Assembly (NCBI GenBank): GCA_000004985.1
Contig: GG738878.1
DNA length: 64,000 nt
Direction: 5' to 3' (one strand)
From: Naegleria gruberi
Taxonomy: Eukaryota
Below, in pieces: positions 54,360-63,747 of the stretch. The position numbers and the translations under genes are program-made. Position 1 is the stretch's first letter; each line of letters opens with the position of its first letter. Under the pieces are notes generated by a model. That model saw nothing but the letters and a program-made list of their open reading frames with translations. It made no database searches and was not told the origin of the DNA.

Positions 54360-57022
54360 TTATTTTTCAGTTAGTGCTAAAGCATAATCCTCACTACAAT
54401 TCTTTTCAGCCATACTCTTCAAGTATTGAGCTCTTCTCTTCAACTCGGCAATATATTTAATGGAGGAATAATCAATAGCGAGTTCTTCTGGTTTGTAAGT
54501 TTCTTTCCATTGTGCATTGAGTCTGTAAATTTCCTCAATTTCTTCAACGGCAGTGTCATACTTTTTATCAAAGAGAGCATCTCTTATTCTCAATAACCTA
54601 TCACTCACCACCTTCTGTGAGGATGTAATATCTTCAATTTCACCGTCGACAGTGTAAACTTCAGTTGGTTTGGATTTACCTTTTAGTCTGACTGAATCGA
54701 CATACATGCAAATAAACTTATTCTTCACAATCTCATAAGTATTGTTGCCGATAAGAATTGGTGTATCATATCTCTTGTTTAACATTTCTAATCTACCAGC
54801 AGTGTTAACAGTGTCACCAATAGCTGTGAAACTGAATCTATCCTTTGATCCAATATTTCCCATCATACAATTACCAGTATTGACACCAACTCTAATCTTG
54901 ACAATTGGAAGATTTTCCTTAATACATTTCGATTTCAATTGGTCAATCTTGTACAAACAAAGAACTGCAGCCCTTGTTCCCTTATAGGCATGGTCTTGTA
55001 CAACTCTTAATGGATTTGAAAACAGACTCATGGTACCATCCCCAATGAATTTATCAATAATACCATCATGTGCCTCAACTGTCTCAGTAATAATATTGAA
55101 ATACTCTGTCAGAATTTTAAGCAAAACAGACAAGCTTGAAGATTCTGAAAACGAAGTAAAATCTGCAATATCAGTAAACATAACAGTTGAATTCGCATTG
55201 GCCATTCCCAACTTGGAAGCATTACCTGTTCTTACAATATCCCTGACAATATCTTTTGGAATATATTTCATAAAACTGTGCAAACCATTCTTCACTGTCT
55301 TGATTGAGGTCTGTAATAGATCGAGTTCATACATGGTCTTAAGGACCTTGGATGGCTTCACTGTATCAACTTCAAGTTTAGAAATCTTGTACATATCTCT
55401 GGAAACTTTCCATATTGATCTTGTAATGAATTGAGTAACAACTATCATTAATAAGGTACCCAGAATAATAAGTATAATAGATACTGATAATAGAGCGGGT
55501 GAACTTGTGAAAATGGTCTTGACGAACCCATAGTCCTCTGTAACAATCACCACAATCCAATCAAGCCCATTATCGGTAATTTGGTGGATAGTAATCTTGC
55601 TGTTACCCACCATGAACATTGAAAAATCTGCATTTGGGTCTAAGCTTTCCTTAATTGTGCTCGTTGGGATAGTAGTAGCAGTTCCCCACATGGACTTTGG
55701 AAGATGGTACAGTATCTTTCGATCTTCCAGCACTGTACAAACCTCTGAGAATACTTCAGTTGTGTTCGAGATGTGATTTCTCACATTGGACGGGTCTTTT
55801 GTTTGCGCATTGAATGAAGAAGATATAATCAAGCCGTGTCTCTCAACAATCAAAACCTTAATAGATATTGTTTGCATATCCTTATTGGCCTCAATAACAT
55901 TAACAAGCGAACTATCAATATTGTACAAATCAAAGTGAGCACCAACAATTTGAGTAACATTTCTTGTCTCGACAGTTCCATTAGGATAGACATAATCCTG
56001 AGTATTAATAAAATCCAACGTTGTGGAAGCTCCCAGTGATGTAGCTCCAATGAATGCGTTGAAAAACACAGGTGACCACATGTAATCTGGATATGTCTTA
56101 GAAAGACCTGCCTTAAACCATGGTCTAATGGTTGGATCGTAGTTTTTGCTGGCCTGCTTTAACATGATTGGTTCATAAAAATCATCTCTCGAATAAATAC
56201 CAACAGTAGCATTATCATCTCTGATTTGAATGGTATCTCGCGTTACACTCTTTTCAATGGCACAATAATTCTTAATACTGTTGCCGTAGTAAAAGATTGA
56301 TGAACTAGGGAAGCTACTCTTGGAAGGTCCAAAGACAGATCTTATCCTCCTGCAAGTGTCATCATAACTATTGGTCAATTTGAAATTTAGTTTGTGGTCC
56401 TGGATCAATATGCCATTTCTCATCGTTTCCAGGATTGTTGGTGCTACATTGATAAAATCCTTGATTTTAGTCACGATATTCTTCTCTCTGATTGTTGTTA
56501 TATTATTAACGGATTGTTCTCCGCTTGAGTAGAACAATAATATTAAGGAACCTATGATGAATAATTATTAACATATATATTATTAAAAACTGTTAACTTA
56601 CCAATGCAAATAGCTGTTTGAAGGAGAAAGACAACGAGAAGAATATTTTGGAGAGTGTGTGGGGCTGGACAACATTCTTTGAAAAACCTTTTCATCTTGC
56701 CTTTCTTTCCCTCAGAGTACCCAAATAAATCATCAAATGTTGAACTTATCGTTGAAATTCCATCTGATTGAAGGCTTAGTGAGGCATGGGATGAAGAATT
56801 TTCTGTATTGGATTGGAAATAGTTTGTTGGTGGGTGTTCATTTGGTTCGCTTGCTGTTGTTGAGGTAATATAGGTATTCGATCTAGAGTTAAAATCACTT
56901 GAAAAGTCTAAACTCCCAGATGATGGATAAATCTTATTATCAAAATAATAAGATGCAGAATTAGATCTGTGTGATCTTGTTTTTGATATCTGCTGATGAA
57001 GAGGTGTTACTTGGGTAACCAT
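54360..57022 (-). CDS. Sensor adenylyl cyclase of the dictyostelid ACG type. Domain order is N-terminal cytosolic tail, signal-anchor, extracellular CHASE-like sensor domain, single TM, then class III cyclase catalytic domain. Two exons on the minus strand: 57022-56602 and 56551-54360.
   Basis: Intron 56552-56601 (GTAAGT..AG, phase 1) joins ..LQTAICIG to SLILLFYSSGEQSV... A hydrophobic anchor follows MKRFFKECC. The extracellular region contains RPWF. A TM helix (LLSVSIILIILGTLLMIVVTQFI) follows. The cyclase core is FTDIADFTSFSE..FIGDGTMSLF..IRVGVNTGNCMMGNIGS..FTAIGDTVNTAGRLE. Confidence 0.8.
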
Positions 57023-57859
57023 TATACAATTATACAGAGAGAGTGAAAATGTACGAGGAGGGTTGTTGGATTGAGTAAGGGTCTGTTTAGTTGTTGTGAA
57101 TTTTTGTTTTGCTGTTGTTGTGTAGAAGAGGCCGAAGAACAGCTGTGCTGTGGGCTCTATTGTTCAGTGCCTGCTTTGATTATCGATATGGGTTGTGCCA
57201 AACGAAGGAGGAGTTCTCCTAAAAAGATATGGAAGGACAATTAAGGTCGTTGAAGTTATTGGTGTTGGTATGGGAAATTAAGATTCCCAACAGGAGAGTG
57301 GAGGAAGCTGTTTGTGAAATGGATCCTTGTAATTTTTAGCGCTATCATGTAATGTAAACTTCTGTTAAAAATCGTTGAGTGTTGGTTGAGGGAACTCTTT
57401 CAAAATAAGAGCTTGCATTTACAAATAGGATAGGAGAATCTCTCATGCTACGCTTATTATTACAGCCATTTAAGGATGGCCAACCTACTTGATTTGAATT
57501 GGGCCTTAATAAGACGACCACTAGGTTACTAAATTATTATTTTCTAACTGCTGTGGAGTGGGTGAATGTTAAATATAGTGGTAATTTTTACCACCTTGTT
57601 TGGATGAGATCTGTGCAAGAATCTATTGAATATTAATGGGTAGGTCATGGACAGGTTGGTTGCACTGCTATAAGTGTCAATTGTAATTGAAATATGTTTT
57701 ACAATTCTATTCATATAGTAATTGTTTGAGCCAATTATATGTTCAAGTAAGCTTCAGTATCTTGTAACAAGTTGAATAATCGTAAATGTTGTTGATCACT
57801 TCTCAAATAGTCCATTTCATTTATTCCACACTTATCTATTGTATGAGAATCACTGTCAC

Positions 57860-60610
57860 TTAATCATCAATGCAAATAATCTCTGGTGCATCCGTTTTTG
57901 ACTTTTTGTTTGGTGGTTCAATTGAAGATGAGGGAGCAACTTCTAGTTGAAGTGTCGAATTATTATCTGTTGACTCTTCAGGTGGGGTTCTTCTCTTTTT
58001 CAATAAAGATTCCAGTTTAGTTTTAGCTGCATTGTTAAGTTCGGTTGCCTGTTTCACAAGTCTCTCAGAGATCACAAGTTTTGTTAAAATAATTGATTTC
58101 TGAACTCTTTGTTTCTGTATTTCCCTAATTGGAGCAACCATCGATTCAATGTGTGAAAGTTCCTTAACTAGGCCAGTGATTGAACAAGTTCTCTCTGTTT
58201 CTGACCATAAAAATTGTTTTAGAATCTTACAGTCACTACAAATACATGAAATACTAGATTTCACAGAAAAATTTGGTAGGGGAATAATGAACTTCTTTGT
58301 TCTAATTCCATCATCAATTAAATCAATGCTCCAGTTCAGTAGGATATCTAACTGGTCAGATTTAGGCATAATATTCGAAACAACCTCAATGAGTGGAGCG
58401 ACTAGGGTGCTATAATTCTCTTCTGATGCAACACTAAGAACAACGCGGCATGCTCTAGTAATAAAATCATTCCATGAATGGTTATGGAGCATTCGAATGA
58501 AGGAAGTTGCGAATTTCAAATCAAGGAAACAATCTCGATGGTCATATAACATCCATTCTATCAATAATTCACTCAGAGGTTTACAACTCATTGTTGATAA
58601 CACCATATTCAAACAATTTTCACTTGTCAACCATTTAGAGAATGAAAAACGTAGATTTTTCAATTTTTCAACCCCAATTTGATTTGCAATTTTGATTATC
58701 AATGGAAGGTCCAGCTCTTTGTTTTCATAAGAACCTCTTCCTCTTTGATTTGGAATAGAGTTTTTAGCCAATTCTTTTACAATCAATTTCTCATAGATTG
58801 AGGTGTCCTTCAATAAGTCTATCAACTTTGTAATACTTTCCTTATAACTGGCATACTTATAATAATCTTCCACAATATTTTCTACTACTGTTGAATGCAT
58901 TGAATATGTACATTTTTGTGCAAGTATTATTAATTTTTCAAAGCAGCTGCTATCGTATAAATGGTCATACTTATTGACAGAATACTTTGGCATTGTCATT
59001 TGTATCAACGGCACGTCATTGATTTCAATTAGAGAGCCAATAAATTCCTTCATATATCGTTTTTTACATAAATTTTCGCTAATAGTTTCTCTAAACGGTT
59101 CAATTGTAAAATGAGAAATAAGAGAAGATAAACTTTTTTGGTCTATTCCGATAACCAGTTTTGCCAATTCGACATCATTGAGCTGAATAATAGATTGAAT
59201 TACAACTTTTTCTTCATCACCCCATAAGTAGATGTTTTTCTTGGCCAGCATCTGCTTTACAAATGCAATAGAATTCTCTCTAGAGTTTGACTCTATGAAT
59301 GAAGGTAATATTTTGCTACAAAATGAAAATCCAAACTTGAGGCAAATTCTTTGTTGGCACTTCTTTGGATAAATCATTAGACATGCATTTCTGTATTGCT
59401 TTTCTTTTGTTGACCCCTCATTTCCAGTATTTTCGTTAATGGACTTGTGGAATAGTTTCATGGAAGACAGAGCAGACTTGCAAACAACACTTCTGAAAGG
59501 AACGTCTATTTTACGTTGTTGGGATCCAAAAATATACTCGAGTGATACTTCTGGATCGTCAAAACCTTCCACCTTCCTCTCCATAATTCCTAAATCTAAA
59601 ACAAGGTCTTGATATTCCTCAGCATACCTTTCCAGAATATCGTAAATATTGTAATCAGAACCTTTAAGATTTTCAGGATCCAAACTCTTTTGAGAATATT
59701 GGTGCTGAAATACATACATTCTGTAGAGAGTGTCAACATCTTTTGCATCAGCATTCCACTCAGAAACTATTTGTTGAAGTCTTTTGGCTAATTCTTCATA
59801 ACCTTTAAGTGTTGGCTTACTTTCTTTGTTACCTGAAAAACAAAGGTTATATATCAAACAAACTCTGTAACCAGAATTTACATTCTTAATCATGTGCTCA
59901 CAATCTGCATAAAAAGAAATAAAGTGAGGAGTATATCTAGAAACAGATGCAAAATCATATTCTTCCTCTTCCTCTCCGTGTCTAACTATTATTTCACCTC
60001 CACTATATTCCGAAGGAAGTTGAACAACTAGTGTTCCAAACATTCGTTCTTCCTTTTCCGAATCTTTGTGAAATTGAAAGTGACCTCCCTCTTCATATAC
60101 TAATAGCTTGTATAAATTAGCTGAGAGTCTGAGATGTTTACTAATTCCCAAGCCATCCCTAATTTCATTATCCACTAAACCGTCAATCAAATCATCCCAA
60201 GTTGGATTTGTAATTTCAAATCTTGATGGATCTAATTGCCATGTTTTTCTAACATTTTCATCGTAAATTGTATCCTCTCCTCTTCCATATGGTGCCTTAC
60301 TGCAAAATTGAATTAGCTCTGAAGCACTCCCATTCGACAATGGAAATCCAATTGTTTTAAATTGTTCATTATCCAACTTGAGTTGCAAACCTGGTAAACC
60401 AAAATCGCTGTCCAATGCACCACACTGCGTAAATTTACTTCCTCCCTTGTTTTGAGCATCCAAAATAAATTCTTGTAAATTGTCTGATGTTTTAATGGTA
60501 TCAGCATGAAGTTGAACACAATCATCATAAAAATCGGAACCGTAAGCTTCACAATAGTCACTGTCTGTTTCCGATGATTCTGATGAGGAAGAAACTCTCC
60601 TTCTGGTCAT
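57860..60610 (-). CDS. Large protein with an N-terminal 2OG-Fe(II) oxygenase (prolyl-4-hydroxylase-like, PF13640-type) domain and a 600-aa alpha-helical C-terminal region of unknown function.
   Basis: HxD...H iron triad and flanking strands: LYKLLVYEEGGHFQFHKDSEK..FGTLVVQLPSEYSGGEIIVRHGEE. The remainder has no recognisable motif. The start codon is only 47 bp downstream of the SPO11-like stop. Confidence 0.5.
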   Translation of the reverse strand: MTRRRVSSSSESSETDSDYCEAYGSDFYDDCVQLHADTIKTSDNLQEFILDAQNKGGSKFTQCGALDSDFGLPGLQLKLDNEQFKTIGFPLSNGSASELIQFCSKAPYGRGEDTIYDENVRKTWQLDPSRFEITNPTWDDLIDGLVDNEIRDGLGISKHLRLSANLYKLLVYEEGGHFQFHKDSEKEERMFGTLVVQLPSEYSGGEIIVRHGEEEEEYDFASVSRYTPHFISFYADCEHMIKNVNSGYRVCLIYNLCFSGNKESKPTLKGYEELAKRLQQIVSEWNADAKDVDTLYRMYVFQHQYSQKSLDPENLKGSDYNIYDILERYAEEYQDLVLDLGIMERKVEGFDDPEVSLEYIFGSQQRKIDVPFRSVVCKSALSSMKLFHKSINENTGNEGSTKEKQYRNACLMIYPKKCQQRICLKFGFSFCSKILPSFIESNSRENSIAFVKQMLAKKNIYLWGDEEKVVIQSIIQLNDVELAKLVIGIDQKSLSSLISHFTIEPFRETISENLCKKRYMKEFIGSLIEINDVPLIQMTMPKYSVNKYDHLYDSSCFEKLIILAQKCTYSMHSTVVENIVEDYYKYASYKESITKLIDLLKDTSIYEKLIVKELAKNSIPNQRGRGSYENKELDLPLIIKIANQIGVEKLKNLRFSFSKWLTSENCLNMVLSTMSCKPLSELLIEWMLYDHRDCFLDLKFATSFIRMLHNHSWNDFITRACRVVLSVASEENYSTLVAPLIEVVSNIMPKSDQLDILLNWSIDLIDDGIRTKKFIIPLPNFSVKSSISCICSDCKILKQFLWSETERTCSITGLVKELSHIESMVAPIREIQKQRVQKSIILTKLVISERLVKQATELNNAAKTKLESLLKKRRTPPEESTDNNSTLQLEVAPSSSIEPPNKKSKTDAPEIICIDD

Positions 60611-60657
60611 TTGTGAAATTTTTTAGTTTCAAATTAATAAAAAATTGGCGGTAATAT

Positions 60658-61767
60658 TCACAACACGTTTAAATGTAGTTCTACCTTTGCTGTGATATAA
60701 TCCCAATAATCAATCTCCAAATGATTGAGACCCTCTATTTCGACTTTGTAATTTAAATCTTTTTGTAAATTAATTTGAGTTTTTACAGTGTCATCCAATT
60801 CAAGTTGGGTGTTGTTTAGAGAGTTTATCTTTTTCAAATCCAATTCTTCCAGAGGCATCCAACAATCCTTCCACTTTGAAATCAATTGAGGAGCATTGTC
60901 AAAATCATTCAAATGAACTCCAATCCATGACATTCTGGAACAAGTTTGAAGCACCCAATAATGCCAATCTTCGGTGGAGTCTACACAACTATGGATGGTC
61001 AGATTCTCCTTCTCATTTTCAAATGATAACGAACCATTCATGTAAACATTGGCAATTTCAGCTCCATAAGGATCACCATCTGTGAGTGTGAAAATATTCA
61101 AACTTCTCCTTTGATATTTTGCTACTTGCTTTGTTAGTGTTACAATAAAATCTCTTGTTGGAACATCAGGATATCCCTTAGATGTGATTATTAATGATGT
61201 ATCTTTGAGACTGCTTGCTTGACTTTTCAACACTTGAAAAACTGACTCTTTTTCAACAATGATCACCTTATCTACTTCAACAGGGATAGAGAACTCTACA
61301 ATTTGTAAATGAGGAATCGAAGGAAGATTACACCCTTTAGAAGCACTGACTATAGTTGTTGTTGGTTGTTGTCCTCTATTTTCAATATCAATCAATGAGA
61401 TTTCCTTCCAAGCAATTGGTCCACAAACTTCTCCCTTCGATTGAGGAACAATATGAAGATCATGCCTATTAACTCGCCAACTTGATGATAAATCCTTCAA
61501 TATGGAATCTAGTTGTGTCTGATCTTTTAGAATAGGCTTGTTACAATAATACAAATCTCTCTTGGTTGAAAATTTGTTTAAAGTACACAACTGATACACT
61601 AAATTCATCACCTGAAACTTGGAAATAAATGTTGATGGATATTTGGTCAGATCTTTCAGCAAGAAGCCTTTTTCATTCGGAATATCAGATGATGGTGATG
61701 AAACTAATTCCCTCACAAAGGCTAAAACTTTCTCCTCAATTCTTTCTCTCACTTGAATTGTTTCCAT
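60658..61767 (-). CDS. SPO11: SPO11/topoisomerase VI subunit A homolog (meiotic DNA double-strand-break transesterase family). Single 369-aa ORF.
   Basis: All family motifs are in the correct order and spacing: catalytic 5Y-CAP tyrosine TKRDLYYCN; Toprim glutamate IIVEKESVFQ; SKGYPDVPTRDF; DxD metal site LTDGDPYGAEIANVY; and a C-terminal KVEIEGL motif. No introns are needed. Confidence 0.8.
   Translation of the reverse strand: METIQVRERIEEKVLAFVRELVSSPSSDIPNEKGFLLKDLTKYPSTFISKFQVMNLVYQLCTLNKFSTKRDLYYCNKPILKDQTQLDSILKDLSSSWRVNRHDLHIVPQSKGEVCGPIAWKEISLIDIENRGQQPTTTIVSASKGCNLPSIPHLQIVEFSIPVEVDKVIIVEKESVFQVLKSQASSLKDTSLIITSKGYPDVPTRDFIVTLTKQVAKYQRRSLNIFTLTDGDPYGAEIANVYMNGSLSFENEKENLTIHSCVDSTEDWHYWVLQTCSRMSWIGVHLNDFDNAPQLISKWKDCWMPLEELDLKKINSLNNTQLELDDTVKTQINLQKDLNYKVEIEGLNHLEIDYWDYITAKVELHLNVL
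60698..60775. repeat. Copy of a short repeat that overlaps the 3' coding end of the SPO11-like gene (paired with 43590-43653).
   Basis: See the paired feature. The reverse complement of this copy encodes the C-terminal ..TQINLQKDLNYKVEIEGLNHLEIDYWD.. of the SPO11-like protein. Confidence 0.6.
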
Positions 61768-61820
61768 TTTTTAAATTAGAAATTAATTTATTATTATAAT
61801 TATATTAATATTTAGGAGGA

Positions 61821-62441
61821 TTATTGGGTTGGTTTTGACTTAGCAGCAAGAAGTTTTACTCTTCTGTTATATTCTTCACGATTAGTGACATAGAGATGGA
61901 AAGGTTCAGCTTGAGCAGGATCCTTTTCGTTAGGATTATCCAACAATTCTTGAATACCTAAAAGTAATTGTTTGACAGTGAGAGAAGGCTTCCAATCCTT
62001 ATCTTCATTCAAAATACTCAAACAAACAGTACCACTTGGGAAAATGTTTGGATGGAAAAGTGGTGGTACAAATTTACACTTTGGAGGCTTGTCTGGATAT
62101 TCATCAGGGAATTCAATATCTAATCTATATTCACCTCCTTCCCATATTGTACCTGGTTTACCTGGGATACCACAATTCCATACCATTACATTAGTTGTTC
62201 CGTCTTCTTGTTGTTGAGGTCTGGCCCAGAAACCCTGTTATTGTTGTTGTTGTTAATTTTCATCACACAATTTTGTCAATTATTGTCATCATTAAAATCA
62301 ATTTAATTATTTGGTGATCGGAAGAAAATATTCTTTATATATCGATATTAAATTACACCTCAAAACAATACATACATAAGGGTGGTCCTTTCTCCAGTTC
62401 TTTCTCTCTTCCATAACTCTCTTTCTAGCGATGGAGGACAT
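61821..62441 (-). CDS. UBC9: SUMO-conjugating enzyme UBC9 (E2). Two exons on the minus strand: 62441-62376 and 62234-61821.
   Basis: Exon 1 [22 protein letters not shown] ends at a GTATGT donor. Intron 62235-62375 has an ACAG acceptor. Exon 2 is [126 protein letters not shown].. It is near-identical in motif content to UBC9 from animals and fungi, including the HPN and active-site Cys. Confidence 0.9.
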
Positions 62442-62827
62442 TTTGTTCAATTTTTGCTTTTTTTTAAATTTTTGAAAACAATTTTTATTTTTATTAAAAA
62501 ATTGCATGGCGCGGATTTCTACAAGCTTCCTGCTCAACATTCAGCAGAGAACAATGTTATTTGTTTAATGACGAATTCATCATCTGTGCTACCAAAGAAT
62601 TAATAACAAGGATTTAATTGTGTGGAAACAATTATTTTCTTCCACTATTTAGTGTAAGAGAATAATAATAGAGAAGAACAAAACGTGATTGTATTAACAT
62701 TGATGGATTTTCAACCACATGACTATGAAATTGGTTATCATGAAATTCCGAGAACCCTCTCATAGAATATTTTCTCTAGATTTTGAATTGGTGGGCAGAA
62801 TAGAAGTGCCAACAGGTTACTATTTGG

Positions 62828-63193
62828 ATGTTAGTCTCACAAGTACATAATGCATTGGTTGTTGGTCGGGGTGATAATTTGATTTTCTTTGATTTGCAAT
62901 CAAAAAAGCTATTATTTCATTACACCATTCGTCTAAAAATTCAAAATTTGATAATTAAGGAAAATGATTTGTTCATTGTTTGCTCAGACTACTGTTTGAG
63001 GAGCCTTAATTTTCCAAGGTCTTCAAAAAAACAGGTATCACCAAAAGAGGGACAGAGTTTTTATTCAATATTCTATGACGAGGATAGCCACCGAATTTTT
63101 GTTACTAATTCCTCTAACGTATTTGTGTTTGATAGAGAGCTTAACATGTTGAAATCATTTGCTTTGGGTTCAAGATTGGATTGTATGGAGTGA
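62828..63193 (+). CDS. Hypothetical small protein. The ORF is initiated at TTG in the track, the true start is unresolved, and it is possibly part of a larger spliced gene.
   Basis: 121-codon ORF with a beta-strand-rich, WD/propeller-like composition (..LVVGRGDNLIFFDLQSKKLLFHYTIRLKIQNLIIKENDLFIVCSD..). No clear motif. Confidence 0.3.
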   Translation: MLVSQVHNALVVGRGDNLIFFDLQSKKLLFHYTIRLKIQNLIIKENDLFIVCSDYCLRSLNFPRSSKKQVSPKEGQSFYSIFYDEDSHRIFVTNSSNVFVFDRELNMLKSFALGSRLDCME

Positions 63194-63339
63194 GAATTGA
63201 CCCAAAAACAGGATATTGTTATTTGTGTGAAAGTACTGATGGCACAATTTCAATTTTCAAATAAGTTTTTGTTGTAATTTTTGTAATGAGTTCTCAACAT
63301 GAACTTTGGTGTATGCATGACACGAAACATCAAAAAAAA

Positions 63340-63570
63340 ATGCAAATACAAGTCAGAACATTATCAGGAGGTTACCTCAAGTTTGATTTGGAAAATTCAG
63401 ATAAAATAATATATTTGAAGAAACTCATTGAGGAAAAGATTGGATTTAGCATTGTCAATCTACGATTAGTATATAATGGAAAGATTCTCCCAGACGATTC
63501 CTCAATAATCGATACTGGCTTAAAGAATGGTGATATCATTCATCTCACTCCCCAATTAAAAGGAGGTTGA
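63340..63570 (+). CDS. Stand-alone 76-aa ubiquitin-fold protein ending in Gly-Gly immediately before the stop codon. It is a divergent ubiquitin/NEDD8-like modifier candidate.
   Basis: MQIQVRTLSGGYLKFDLENSDKIIYLKKLIEEKIGFSIVNLRLVYNGKILPDDSSIIDTGLKNGDIIHLTPQLKGG. It has the same length and beta-grasp register as ubiquitin and is about 30-35% identical by eye (MQIxVxTLxG, SDxI, KxxIxxKxG, RLxxxGKxLxD, HLxxxLxGG). The ATG at 63340 is preceded by an A9 run. The longer ORF starts upstream at 63286. Confidence 0.6.
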   Translation: MQIQVRTLSGGYLKFDLENSDKIIYLKKLIEEKIGFSIVNLRLVYNGKILPDDSSIIDTGLKNGDIIHLTPQLKGG

Positions 63571-63747
63571 ATGCTTCTCATTCTTACTGTACAAGTTCAA
63601 TAAAAAGAAGCTTTTACAATCATAGAATGTGAATAGCAACACACTATTCCATCCAAACATGTATTTCATTGACCGGAACTCTTCTAGGAAACTCCTCCAA
63701 TTACTCCATCATAAGAACTCCTAAAGATTGAGAAGAAAAGAGCAAAA

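Noticed and set aside
62307-62540. The long upstream extension of the UBC9 first exon (MLSRKLVEIRAMQFFNKNKN...) suggested by the ORF track.
   Set aside because: UBC9 proteins start MS.IA..R, and the internal ATG at 62441 gives exactly that. The upstream part is K/N-rich and looks like 5'UTR read in frame. The 3' part of that ORF (..[22 protein letters not shown]) is intron read-through past the GTATGT donor.
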